From: a virus
Taxonomy: Duplodnaviria > Caudoviricetes
Strand: one strand, 5' to 3'
Virus record (IMG/VR): IMGVR_UViG_3300037127_000006
Coordinates: 1 to 48,841 of that record
Length of the DNA stretch: 48,841 nt
Shown here one piece after another: positions 1-8,842 of the stretch (its first letter is position 1; every line of letters begins with the position of its first letter). A program made the translations under genes and the position numbers. The notes under the pieces are model-generated. The model saw only the letters and a list, made by a program, of their open reading frames with translations. It made no database searches and had not been told where the DNA came from.

Positions 1-127
1 TCTCCGGCAACTCGCCCTTCCTTATCTTGTCCGCCGCCAGCTCATCCAAAATCTTGCCAAAACCTTCCCCCACATCATGCTGGACGAATTTATACTCCGT
101 TGCGGTCCCCAGATTCTTACTCAACTG
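1..127. repeat. 127-bp terminal direct repeat (left copy); circular-assembly overlap
   Basis: Identical to 48715-48841; falls inside a coding region; 127 is a common assembler k-mer size. Confidence 0.95.
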
Positions 128-577
128 CTCCACCACCGCCGTCTTCCTCATGAACGTGATCTTCTTTATCCCGCCCTCTTTGTCAAACTCGATCCCCTCG
201 ATGCAACTGCGAAGCGTCTTGTCCAATTCCGCCAGCGGCTTCATCGTCCCGTCGTCGTTGAAAATATCCGCCTTGTCCATCCGCGCCGCCTGCCACAACT
301 GGATCAACAAGTCCTGAATCATCACCGTCCGGCAACGCGATTTCGCCAGTTCATACGCCGCTTTCCTCGACGCATCCTCCTCGATAAACCGCATCACTCC
401 CGCAATCGGCAGTCCCACCTTCTCGCACCACTCCCGCAACGTATTCCCGCTCGCCACATTCCAGCAACACGCCTCGAACGCTTCCGCATCCAGATATTCG
501 GACAGATCGGCTCTCATCTCCAGCCGGTCCTGAAGCATTTTATTCCGTTGCCGGTCGCTGGGAACCAGGTCAGGCAT
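1..577 (-). CDS. terS: Terminase small subunit, N-terminal part (continues across the junction to 48581; ~236 aa)
   Basis: Manual translation from ATG 577: MPDLVPSDRQ...VASGNTLREWC...DIFNDDGTMKPLAEL..., in frame with ORF 48581..48838; directly upstream of TerL. Confidence 0.75.
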   Translation of the reverse strand, partial: MPDLVPSDRQRNKMLQDRLEMRADLSEYLDAEAFEACCWNVASGNTLREWCEKVGLPIAGVMRFIEEDASRKAAYELAKSRCRTVMIQDLLIQLWQAARMDKADIFNDDGTMKPLAELDKTLRSCIEGIEFDKEGGIKKITFMRKTAVVEQLSKNLGTATEYKFVQHDVGEGFGKILDELAADKIRKGELPE

Positions 578-770
578 CCTCTTCTTCCCTCGCTCTCTCT
601 ATCATCCCTTGAAACTCATCGCACACCTTCAGAATATTCTCTATCGCCAGATGATGCCTGCGAACGAGCCCTTCAATCTCCGTCACCCTCTTCTGGATCT
701 CGTACAGGCTTTTCTTCTGCGGTTCCTTCCCGGGAATCATCAAACCGCTGTTGCCCACTATATCCACCAT
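570..770 (-). CDS. Hypothetical protein (66 aa)
   Basis: AAGGAGG RBS upstream of ATG; stop overlaps the terS start region. Confidence 0.6.
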   Translation of the reverse strand: MVDIVGNSGLMIPGKEPQKKSLYEIQKRVTEIEGLVRRHHLAIENILKVCDEFQGMIERAREEEDA

Positions 771-1479
771 GTTTCAGTACCTCCTTCAGATACCCTATCG
801 TTTCGCGCAAGCACGCGTTCTCCCGTTTGAATCCTTCGAGCATGCCCTCCAAGCGGGCTACCTTCATGCTACTGATGCCATCAGGCTCGCACTCCTTAAA
901 CCCACCCGCCGGCCTCGCATCCTCCATCGTATCAAACAGATTCTTGCTCATCCGCCACACCTTTGTCCACAAACTCGGCTTATCCCCACTCGTCCCGCCC
1001 CCTGAAATTGTCACGCGCTCCATGATCTGCCAACCGGCATAGCCATTTTTTACGCACTGCTCAGATCCACCAACATAACTGCATTTTCTATGAAGACAAT
1101 TCCCGCAACTCTTCTCCTCCGAATAACTCGTAGGATTCTGCACCACTTCCTGAAGGGGTGAGCGGGGTTGCCAGTGGCTAAACCCAGTTACAGAAGAACA
1201 AAATTCCCTCTCCGCATCTCTTGGCTTTTCACACCCATCGGGGGACCAGTACCGACAACTCCCGCAACCCTTCTCGGGTTTAGGAGGGAGCCTGTACATT
1301 TCGTATGCCTCCCCGTAGCCTTTAGGTTTCTCGGGCTCGGCAGGGGTGTAGGAGACTTCGGTGTCAGGTTCAAACGGTATCTCCTCCCTGTTCGGATATG
1401 CCCCAAAGGAAGAAGCCTTATCATATTCCTCGCCATCAAACCCAAACTCCCCACCAACCGGAACGTCCTCGAATTTCAT
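673..1479 (-). CDS. Hypothetical protein with CxxC modules and C-terminal coiled coil
   Basis: ATGA coupling with upstream gene; CGSCRYW and CGNCLH motifs. Confidence 0.7.
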   Translation of the reverse strand: MKFEDVPVGGEFGFDGEEYDKASSFGAYPNREEIPFEPDTEVSYTPAEPEKPKGYGEAYEMYRLPPKPEKGCGSCRYWSPDGCEKPRDAEREFCSSVTGFSHWQPRSPLQEVVQNPTSYSEEKSCGNCLHRKCSYVGGSEQCVKNGYAGWQIMERVTISGGGTSGDKPSLWTKVWRMSKNLFDTMEDARPAGGFKECEPDGISSMKVARLEGMLEGFKRENACLRETIGYLKEVLKHGGYSGQQRFDDSREGTAEEKPVRDPEEGDGD

Positions 1480-1778
1480 TTCCTCCTCCATTCCCCGCAA
1501 CTGTTATACGCCATCCCGAGCGTTGCCTTTGGATACCTCCAGCAGCTACCGAAATCCTCGTCAGAAAACGCATCGTCGCGCTTCCAGTACCGGCACGTCC
1601 GGCAGGTCGGGTCCTCCTCCGGCTCCCACTGGGCGCACCAGTCTCCGGGCGTCACGCTCCAATGCCGAGGACCCCAGTAACACAGCAATTCCTCCGGGCG
1701 TCCCTGCGCGTGCCGGCAACTCTGGCAGGTCTCCGGTGCGCTGCCCGCCTCACAATTCGGTTCCCCGGAATGCGTCAT
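1476..1778 (-). CDS. Cys-rich hypothetical protein with two CxxC...C..W repeats
   Basis: TCQSCRH...WCAQW and TCRTCRYW...SCGEW; ATGA coupling. Confidence 0.7.
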   Translation of the reverse strand: MTHSGEPNCEAGSAPETCQSCRHAQGRPEELLCYWGPRHWSVTPGDWCAQWEPEEDPTCRTCRYWKRDDAFSDEDFGSCWRYPKATLGMAYNSCGEWRRK

Positions 1779-1885
1779 TTCTTCATCCTTTCATACAGCG
1801 AATACAGGATAGCCGCTCCAACCATCACGCCGAGGCAGAACGACTGGATGGCAACCAGCAGAACCAGTATGACCGGGTTATTCAT
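1775..1885 (-). CDS. Small membrane peptide (36 aa)
   Basis: Manual translation MNNPVILVLLVAIQSFCLGVMVGAAILYSLYERMKK; ATGA overlap with next gene. Confidence 0.55.
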   Translation of the reverse strand: MNNPVILVLLVAIQSFCLGVMVGAAILYSLYERMKK

Positions 1886-1904
1886 CTCGCCTCGCCGGAG
1901 TGGG

Positions 1905-2123
1905 TCATGGCATCCTCGATATCTCTATCGCCCGATCATACGCATCCCGGTGAAACACGGGACCGTAATACTTACTCGACGACCCCCACACCCGGCACTC
2001 CTCGAACCCATCCCGGGCATCACGAACCAACAGCGGCGGCAGGCTCTCGGGCTCCGGCCACGGCAACACCACCGGCGCCACAACCGCACCAACCAGGCAA
2101 TCCCAGAACGCTCGTCTATTCAC
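1905..2123 (-). CDS. Hypothetical protein with N-terminal RRxF + hydrophobic segment
   Basis: GTGA coupling at 2120-2123; (M)NRRAFWDCLVGAVVAPVV. Confidence 0.55.
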   Translation of the reverse strand: MNRRAFWDCLVGAVVAPVVLPWPEPESLPPLLVRDARDGFEECRVWGSSSKYYGPVFHRDAYDRAIEISRMP

Positions 2124-2338
2124 CTCTGCACCTCCAACCGCGGCAGCCCGCACAACGCACACACCTCACATGGCTTCCTCACAACGCACACCTTCTCTCC
2201 AACCACCTTCACCACGAAGTCATCCTTCCCCAATCGCCAACACGCCGTCCTCAGCGTCGCGGCACGACGAGCCTGGTCCCACAGAATATCTCCTGGATTC
2301 ATCGCTCGAAGCATGGATGGGGTCACGGGATCACTCAT
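2120..2338 (-). CDS. Small putative DNA-binding protein, paralogue of 2782..3120
   Basis: Shares SMLRAM..G and RT.CWRL with 2782..3120; C-terminal CxxCxxC. Confidence 0.7.
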   Translation of the reverse strand: MSDPVTPSMLRAMNPGDILWDQARRAATLRTACWRLGKDDFVVKVVGEKVCVVRKPCEVCALCGLPRLEVQR

Positions 2339-2519
2339 CTATTATCGGCCTCACAACCACGTCTTTCCCTCCAACGGTTTTCAGCACCAAACTCACCGGC
2401 ACCGGGCCAGGACTCCCGTACGGATGATCGCCTCCCCAAGCAAAACGATCCTCAGTCGGCATCGTCGCCCACAACTGGTCGAAGGTCTCCCGGGGAATAT
2501 TCAGGACTATGTGATCCAT
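2331..2519 (-). CDS. Hypothetical protein (62 aa)
   Basis: GGAGGTG RBS; downstream of predicted promoter. Confidence 0.65.
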   Translation of the reverse strand: MDHIVLNIPRETFDQLWATMPTEDRFAWGGDHPYGSPGPVPVSLVLKTVGGKDVVVRPIIDE

Positions 2520-2536
2520 GAATCACCTCCACGCGA

Positions 2537-2565
2537 AATGTAACATGCTATATATCATTTAGCAA
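2537..2565 (-). promoter_or_regulatory. Sigma70-type promoter
   Basis: TTGCTA-17 bp-TACATT with extended TG; A/T tract upstream. Confidence 0.55.
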
Positions 2566-2781
2566 GGCTTTTTTCAAAAAAACCGTTCGAGTTTTATGCG
2601 TTACCTTCTTAGCCCTCCGGGCCTCGACCCCCGAGGTCAATGTGAGGTAGAGGGTACCCCCAGGGAATACAGAGAGCGTCATACAGACAGAGAATACAGA
2701 GAGAGGAGGGACTATTCAGAGTTCAGAGCCAGAGAAGAGACAAGGAGCCGGAACTATTTATCAAGAATGCATGGACGCTCC

Positions 2782-3120
2782 CTATTCGGTCGCGTCCGGA
2801 CCGTCCGGACCGGATAGCACGATCAAAGCGGACTTGATCCTACCTGATAGCAAGTCCCGTCGGGCACAGCTCAACGCTAAATCCAAATCAGCACGGGAAG
2901 CCTTGAACCTCTTCGGGCGTGGTCCCCCGTCGTCAGACACACAGACGACGCGATCCCGCCCAAACTGGGAATCCTGATCTATCCTGTACCTCTTCCCCGT
3001 CTCCCTCTCCAGTCTCCAGCAAATAGTACGAATCGAATTGAGACGCTCAACAGGGATAGCGTACCACTCCCCAACACCCATCGCACGAAGCATTGAAGTC
3101 TTTAGGCGGACCGTTCCCAT
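2782..3120 (-). CDS. Small putative DNA-binding protein
   Basis: GGGGGTG RBS; paralogue of 2120..2338. Confidence 0.7.
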   Translation of the reverse strand: MGTVRLKTSMLRAMGVGEWYAIPVERLNSIRTICWRLERETGKRYRIDQDSQFGRDRVVCVSDDGGPRPKRFKASRADLDLALSCARRDLLSGRIKSALIVLSGPDGPDATE

Positions 3121-3157
3121 GAATCACCCCCCTAAATGTTGTATTCCATTGTTACAA

Positions 3158-3187
3158 ATGTTATCACTGTAACCCCCCAACTGTCAA
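3158..3187 (-). promoter_or_regulatory. Sigma70-type promoter
   Basis: TTGACA-18 bp-TAACAT with extended TG. Confidence 0.55.
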
Positions 3188-3304
3188 GGCTCATTTGCTT
3201 ATTACCACGTTCAAGTTATTAATCTATTTTTCTGTAAGTCCCCACCCATGAACGAAATAAAAATGTTATACGATAGGAAAACACATTCCAGACTTCCCCT
3301 GTAC

Positions 3305-3349
3305 TACCACCCCCTCCCTGCTATACCCCTATACCACCCCTCCCTGCTA
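3305..3349. repeat. Imperfect direct repeat TACCACCCC(C)TCCCTGCTA x2
   Basis: Copies at 3305-3323 and 3332-3349 in the large intergenic region. Confidence 0.8.
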
Positions 3350-3756
3350 CACCCAACATACCATCATCATCTCAGCAAGTTATAACCCTTATCACATAAT
3401 ATAAAAACGCTACAATTAACCGCAAATAGGACACTTACAAATTCCGCCTTCGAGCGTTTAACAAACTATAAACCTGCAAACAGACACAACACGCCACAGA
3501 ACAAGAAGTAAACCATGTCGGGAACATCGTCATACTATGACGCAAAAATGACGCACCCACACGATTTAGCCCCGACCGTGATATAAAACTATACCAGTAA
3601 ATTCCAGCCCACTGTGATACTACCGCACCACGAACGTATTGCACCAGTAACACGCAACACCGGGAAACGCCGTTTAAGTGCACCTAGAACCCCCACAGGC
3701 GATTTTGACTATTTTCATTCCGTGATACGATTTTTTAGCACACCTTGGAGGGATTA

Positions 3757-3765
3757 TGATATACT
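3757..3765 (+). promoter_or_regulatory. Extended -10 promoter for the plus-strand accessory cluster
   Basis: TGaTATACT ~25 nt upstream of the first plus-strand ATG; weak -35. Confidence 0.4.
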
Positions 3766-3790
3766 CCTTTTACCATTCAGGGAGCAGAGC

Positions 3791-4018
3791 ATGCAGAACG
3801 TAATTGGACAGACGAACGCAGGATTCGAGATCGTCGCACAGCGCGCCATCAGCACCCACCCCGAAGACTTCCACCTTTCGCGCGTCTTGGGCCATGATGG
3901 AGAGTCGGGGAAATGGGTCGTCTGGACCTACAATGCCGAGTCCAACGGCTACGCCGGAGGCTACTACTACCACGGCGAAAACGCCGAGCAGGAAGCAAGG
4001 GAGAAGTTTGTCGACTAA
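3791..4018 (+). CDS. Hypothetical protein (75 aa)
   Basis: GGAGCAGAGC-ATG start; WVVWTY...GYY aromatic beta-rich pattern. Confidence 0.7.
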   Translation: MQNVIGQTNAGFEIVAQRAISTHPEDFHLSRVLGHDGESGKWVVWTYNAESNGYAGGYYYHGENAEQEAREKFVD

Positions 4019-4049
4019 CCCCCCCCACCGGGGAGAAAGAGAGCAGAGC

Positions 4050-4295
4050 ATGAACCACCTCGAAACGCTACGAGCAATTCACGCGGCCCTTCCCGCGGAT
4101 GTCGCGCTGGCGCGCCGACTTGCGCACGAAGCGATCGACCAGGCCACCGCCATCTGTGACTACTGCGGGCGCAGCTTTGACGACCCTTCGGGGATCACCG
4201 GAGCTTGTGACGGATGCCGGCAGGCTCACAACATCGAAGGCCACCACCAGCGCGATATGTTCGCACTGTCGCGCAGGACGGAGGTGCAGAGGTGA
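4050..4295 (+). CDS. Hypothetical zinc-finger protein
   Basis: CDYC...CDGC; GAGCAGAGC-ATG start. Confidence 0.7.
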   Translation: MNHLETLRAIHAALPADVALARRLAHEAIDQATAICDYCGRSFDDPSGITGACDGCRQAHNIEGHHQRDMFALSRRTEVQR

Positions 4296-4483
4296 AGATT
4301 CAGAACCCCGACCCGGAGAAAATTTACCACGTCTGGCACTACTGCGCCAAGTGCAAGCAGACTTTCACCCATAGCCAAGGAGCTTGGGACGAGATCAGGC
4401 ATATCGGCTTTCGTGGCGGCTGCTGCCGGGATAACCTGATGAGCGTCAGCACCGAGAAGAACAGCGTAACAATCGACGACTAG
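4292..4483 (+). CDS. Hypothetical Cys-containing protein (63 aa)
   Basis: GTGA coupling, GGAGG RBS, CAKC. Confidence 0.6.
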   Translation: MKIQNPDPEKIYHVWHYCAKCKQTFTHSQGAWDEIRHIGFRGGCCRDNLMSVSTEKNSVTIDD

Positions 4484-4574
4484 AGACCCCACCACGCACG
4501 GCCGGTAGGCTGCCGGCTTGTGTTGTGGAGTCTTTAACCAACCCCCGCACAGCGGGAGGAAGAGAGCAGAAGCT

Positions 4575-4883
4575 ATGACGAGCACGACACACGCCGAGTA
4601 CATCATGAGAGAGCGCAGGAGGTCCAATACCATCGTGCGGCAAATCGCCGGCCTCCTCGCCCACGCCACGCAGGAAGCCAAAGACGACGAGAGCCCCGTG
4701 ATGGGTTGGCTTGAACACAATGAACTCATTGGAGCATGGATGGGCGGCCTGAAACACTGGCTTAACCACGATGGCGGACCCTGGCTTCAGGAGGTATGGA
4801 TTGACTACCTCAGAGCACTGAAGGTGGCAGGCTACGAAGGCGGACAGATCGACGACGCAATCGAGGAATACGACATTATTTAA
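4575..4883 (+). CDS. Hypothetical protein (102 aa)
   Basis: ATG after GGAAGAGAGCAG motif. Confidence 0.7.
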   Translation: MTSTTHAEYIMRERRRSNTIVRQIAGLLAHATQEAKDDESPVMGWLEHNELIGAWMGGLKHWLNHDGGPWLQEVWIDYLRALKVAGYEGGQIDDAIEEYDII

Positions 4884-5047
4884 CCCTCTCCTCTCCCCCC
4901 GTCCGGCTGGGCGGGGGCGGGCGCTGACTTCCAGCGCCCACCAGTGCCCAGCAGCCCCAAGAAACAGAAGGGGCAGGAAGAGAGCAGGACAATGGCCGAC
5001 AAACTGACAACGCTTTGCGAGCAGTACCGCAGGGGAGGGTATTGATC

Positions 5048-5359
5048 ATGACCAAACAACAAGCAATCACGGCCAGTATCGAACACTGGGAGAGGATGAG
5101 GGAAGACCAAGACTGCCCAGAGCAACCAAACGGAGATAACTGTCCACTCTGTAGCCTATACTGGACGCCTATGAGGCCGTGCCCAGACTGCCCGCTGGCC
5201 CAACGATACGGCAAGTGTGGAAATGATCCCCGCAATCCTTGGGCTGCCGCCGCAGATTTTCACGATTTAAGGTTCACAAATGACGAATCCTGGCAGGAAT
5301 GGCAAACTGTCGCGCAGGAAATGATTGACGCGCTCAAGTCATTATTGGAGGAAGCATGA
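5048..5359 (+). CDS. Cys-rich hypothetical protein, paralogue of 7177..7494
   Basis: SI.HWE...C.LC...C..CP...C...PW pattern. Confidence 0.75.
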   Translation: MTKQQAITASIEHWERMREDQDCPEQPNGDNCPLCSLYWTPMRPCPDCPLAQRYGKCGNDPRNPWAAAADFHDLRFTNDESWQEWQTVAQEMIDALKSLLEEA

Positions 5360-5523
5360 ATACCCCCACCGACGACAGACCCCCCGCCTGCGAAATCTGC
5401 TATTATCGCACACCGGATCTGTGCTACCTGGACGATGCCGGAATGTTTTTGTGCCCGGACTGCTACGGCGAAGCCTTGCACGAATACGCCGACGCGAGTG
5501 CCGTTGATTATATTTTCGATTGA
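5356..5523 (+). CDS. Small zinc-finger protein (55 aa)
   Basis: Manual translation; CEIC...CPDC; ATGA coupling; GGAGG RBS. Confidence 0.6.
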   Translation: MNTPTDDRPPACEICYYRTPDLCYLDDAGMFLCPDCYGEALHEYADASAVDYIFD

Positions 5524-5600
5524 CACTGCTCTCGGCCCTCGCGGTCGGCCGGATTGTCTGCCGGCTGGCCGCGGGGGTATATTTTGACCAGGAGGAAGCA

Positions 5601-6443
5601 ATGCACTATGCAATGGTGCTCGTTTTACCTAAAGGGATTAGCGCGACTAAAGAAGAAATCCATGAGATCCTTTTGCCGTACAAGGAGCATGACGGCGACT
5701 TGCCGAAGAAGTTCTTGGAATTCTGCGATGAGGAAAAAGAGGAAAGGCAGAAATACGAGAACGAAGGTAGTGAAATGGTGAAGATGCCGGACGGGCGCTA
5801 TCTTACCCCCTGGGATGATGAGTTCAAGGTTCCTGGTGCGATCGGCTGGTGCTCGGATGGGTCAACCCATAAAGTTCCCGAACACCTGAAAATCGAACAA
5901 GTTCCCTACTGTGCCCTTTTTGTTACATTTGAGGATTACATGCGCGAATGGAACGGACACGACGAACGGGATTCGGAAACGGGAAAGTATGGCCACTGGA
6001 GCAACCCCAACGGCATATAGGACTGGTTCCAGATCGGCGGAAGGTGGTCAGGGCAATTTAACCCTGAATACGACCCCCAGAAGGACATCGACAATATCGA
6101 ATCTTGTACAATTTGCGGAGGGACAGGCCAGAGAAACGACACGCTCGGAAGACAGGCGAGGCGGGAAAACCCGGAATACAAATGCAACGGCTGTCAAGGT
6201 CGAGGTGTCAGCGTCAAATGGCCTACCGACTGGAAAGACCGCGGCAACCGGGGAAGCGTCGAAGATGCTGCCAAGATGGACTGGACGCCATACGCTCTGC
6301 TTACCCCAGAGGGGTTGCACTTGGAAGAGAAATGGACCGGCGACGAATGGGTAGATCAGCATGAGGACTGGAACAAATTTTACAAGGAAGAACTTGGCAA
6401 GTGGATCGGACATGAATGTGTTGTGATAGATTATCACTGTTAG
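5601..6443 (+). pseudogene. Conserved phage protein interrupted by one in-frame TAG (6018-6020)
   Basis: Frame continues NPNGI*DWFQIGGRWSG...CTICGGTG...CNGCQGRG...VVIDYHC*. Confidence 0.75.
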
Positions 6444-6517
6444 GTTGGCAAAACAAATTCAGGGCATCCGAATGCGGCGCCGACGTGCCCGCGTTCGGGA
6501 AAGCCTGGGAGGAATGA

Positions 6518-6874
6518 ATGAGTACCAAACACACGCACGACCTGACGAGGCCAGAATGGTTTCTTTTTGGCAACCAAGCGATTCTCCAAAACAAAGGGAA
6601 GCGTCCAGCTATCCTGACAACAACTCCGCTTGGGGGATTGAAGACTTGCGGGGAAAGCGGACTTCTCGAAGACCTGACCCCGGATCATCCGGTGGCTATG
6701 CTGATCCTTGCCGCCCCTAAACTACTGGAGGCTTACGAACACTTCGCCCTCACTGTCGTTGCCGGCGAGATCCAGAACGGCAACATCAGGGGTAACTGTG
6801 CCGACGTGCTGACGGAGCACGTTGAGAGGGCACGCGAGATTATCGCAAAAGCCAAAGGAGAATCCAATGCCTGA
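6518..6874 (+). CDS. Hypothetical protein with LI.AAP.LLEA motif
   Basis: GGAGG RBS; motif shared with next gene. Confidence 0.7.
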   Translation: MSTKHTHDLTRPEWFLFGNQAILQNKGKRPAILTTTPLGGLKTCGESGLLEDLTPDHPVAMLILAAPKLLEAYEHFALTVVAGEIQNGNIRGNCADVLTEHVERAREIIAKAKGESNA

Positions 6875-7187
6875 AGCAAAGCACACGCCGGGGCCGTGGA
6901 TAACCCACCGCGATGGACAAACGATTTACAGGAAGCGAGAGGGAACGAAAGTTGCGACAGCTTCTATTGAAGCACCGCGACACCGCAACGGGACAGGATT
7001 CCTTGCAAGGACGGAAGCAAGAGCCAATGCCCATCTAATCTGTGCCTCCCCCGACCTACTGGAAGCCTGTGAAGAACTCCTCGAGCTCCTGGATCAGCAT
7101 GGCCTGACCAACTATCACGAGGTTGACCAGGCCCGGAAAGCCGTGGCAAAAGCCCGAGGCCAGGAAGGAGCCACCAATGGGAATTAA
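6867..7187 (+). CDS. HTPGPW...ANA.LI.A.PDLLEAC family phage protein
   Basis: Recognisable common phage small-protein motif; AGGAG RBS. Confidence 0.8.
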   Translation: MPEAKHTPGPWITHRDGQTIYRKREGTKVATASIEAPRHRNGTGFLARTEARANAHLICASPDLLEACEELLELLDQHGLTNYHEVDQARKAVAKARGQEGATNGN

Positions 7188-7494
7188 ACGCAAACCAAAA
7201 TGGGACGCTAAGACCCGCAAGGCGATCAGGGAGAGTATTAAGCATTGGGAGGAGAACAAGGAGCGGAACACATATGATCTCATGTACTCGGAAATCTCCT
7301 GTGATTCTTGCGAGCTGTGCGCCCTGTTTACTCAAGATGAGTGTCAAGGGTGCCCCGTAAGGCTCAAAACTGGATTACGAGGCTGCGGAGGATCACCTTG
7401 GGCGAGCTGTCAATCTGCATGGTTTAACGACAATCAATCCGACTGGCAATCCGCCTGCCAAGCCGAAATTGATTTCTTGAGGTCTTTGCTGTGA
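7177..7494 (+). CDS. Cys-rich hypothetical protein, paralogue of 5048..5359
   Basis: AAGGAG RBS; shared Cys/Trp pattern. Confidence 0.75.
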   Translation: MGIKRKPKWDAKTRKAIRESIKHWEENKERNTYDLMYSEISCDSCELCALFTQDECQGCPVRLKTGLRGCGGSPWASCQSAWFNDNQSDWQSACQAEIDFLRSLL

Positions 7495-7513
7495 AGAAAA
7501 AAGGAGACTTTTA

Positions 7514-7840
7514 ATGCTAACCGAACAATTCATCACCGGCCTGATTATCTCCGCCGGCCTGCAACGGCATTTCCGTAGAGTCCAGTTGACCACGGACCAC
7601 AAGCGGCACCTGTTCAGGATCGAGGCGACACCCAAGGTATTCCTGGGCGCTGGCAAGCGGACGCTGGACACCCTGTTTCCTGCCGACATTGAGCCTGAAA
7701 TCGCACAGAAGCACGTCGAGAGCTTCCTGGTCAAACTGGAGGAAGCGAAGGCGTTCAGGGTATTGGAGCTGGCCCGCAGACCGGCAACCGAAGACCTGCG
7801 CGAATGGGTGGAGGCGATTCAGGAGGTGGCCGATGCCTAG
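7514..7840 (+). CDS. Hypothetical protein (108 aa)
   Basis: AAGGAG RBS; operon continuity. Confidence 0.7.
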   Translation: MLTEQFITGLIISAGLQRHFRRVQLTTDHKRHLFRIEATPKVFLGAGKRTLDTLFPADIEPEIAQKHVESFLVKLEEAKAFRVLELARRPATEDLREWVEAIQEVADA

Positions 7841-8078
7841 ACGACGCGACCCCTTGGAACTGGTGACCTGCTCGATCTGCCGCAAGGAAGTGGTAAGGAT
7901 CAGGGCGTTCAAGCATAAAGGCGCCTGGATCTGCAAGAAGCATTTCCCTGACCGGCGCGGTGATGACCTCGGCCAGCGCGCTGACGAGAAGCCCGGCCTG
8001 CCGGCGGGATACCAGCGCGTGAGGTACGCAGACGGATCAGGGTGGTTTTTCAGGAGGGCTTCCAATGCCCACCATTAA
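7833..8078 (+). CDS. Hypothetical zinc-finger protein
   Basis: AGGAGG RBS; CSIC...CKKH. Confidence 0.65.
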   Translation: MPRRRDPLELVTCSICRKEVVRIRAFKHKGAWICKKHFPDRRGDDLGQRADEKPGLPAGYQRVRYADGSGWFFRRASNAHH

Positions 8079-8247
8079 ATGCGACGACTGCTCCAAGCAT
8101 TTCTATCCGGAGGACGAAGGCCAGTGGATCTGCGAAACCTGCATCCACAAGAGACTCCGCAAAAAAGATCCGGCCCGGATGTTCTGGCTTATCCTGGTGA
8201 TCGGTGCGATTATTTGGGCGGTTATTATGTGGGAGGTGATGAAATGA
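8065..8247 (+). CDS. Small zinc finger plus C-terminal TM protein
   Basis: CDDC...CETC; hydrophobic C-terminus. Confidence 0.65.
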   Translation: MPTIKCDDCSKHFYPEDEGQWICETCIHKRLRKKDPARMFWLILVIGAIIWAVIMWEVMK

Positions 8248-8465
8248 CCGACAGACACAGTGGCTACGTTGTGACGCTTGAGAAGGAAATCAGGGCAGAC
8301 GACGCACAATGCCTGATGCAAGCAATCGCCATGCTCAAAGGGGTGGCTTGTGTCGAGCCTGTTGTACAGGACGTGGGAGCGCAGATCGCTGAGAGCAAGG
8401 TTAGGCACGAGTTGGGGAAAGAGATAGTGAGAGTTATTTTTCCGAATGCGGGGCAACCTAAATGA
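8244..8465 (+). CDS. Hypothetical protein (73 aa)
   Basis: GGAGG RBS, ATGA coupling; MTDRHSGYVVTLEKEIRADD. Confidence 0.7.
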   Translation: MTDRHSGYVVTLEKEIRADDAQCLMQAIAMLKGVACVEPVVQDVGAQIAESKVRHELGKEIVRVIFPNAGQPK

Positions 8466-8842
8466 GTAGAACCAGAGAAGAGATTGAGCGGGAGATCAGT
8501 GGATACAAGGGGCACATTGAGGCGAACAAGAGAATCAACGAGTCGCACGAAAGGGTTCTTGCGGCACTAGAAATGGAACTATCCGACATTGAAGCCAAGC
8601 AGAAGAAGCCGAGGGAGTGGGTGGCGCGTGGCTTCTCAAGGCGGGGTGTCCGGGTGGATATAGGCGAAAGAATTGTGCAGTATTGTGGGGCGGACTATTT
8701 CGCAAAGCCCCTCGCCGAGTTTGTGGCTGGGGTTTTGAACAAACTTCAGTCAAAGCTTCCAGCAACGGGATGGATCGGGATGCCCGGAACAAGTAAATTA
8801 CACGACGCACTCCGCACTCTGAACGAAAAGGAGAAGTCATGA
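8462..8842 (+). CDS. Hypothetical protein with N-terminal coiled coil
   Basis: ATGA coupling at both ends. Confidence 0.65.
   Translation: MSRTREEIEREISGYKGHIEANKRINESHERVLAALEMELSDIEAKQKKPREWVARGFSRRGVRVDIGERIVQYCGADYFAKPLAEFVAGVLNKLQSKLPATGWIGMPGTSKLHDALRTLNEKEKS

Noticed and set aside
1361-2543. Two ~385-aa plus-strand ORFs
   Set aside because: Pro/Arg/Ser-rich shadow translations opposite a chain of coupled minus-strand genes with RBSs
3460-3660. Second pentamer guide array in the AC-rich intergenic DNA
   Set aside because: AAC/ACC words are not in constant 5-nt phase and there are no GGCA anchors
6018-6020. Genome-wide TAG reassignment
   Set aside because: Only one such case seen; TAG ends many genes at sensible positions, including this gene (6441-6443) and the major capsid gene; no suppressor tRNA seen
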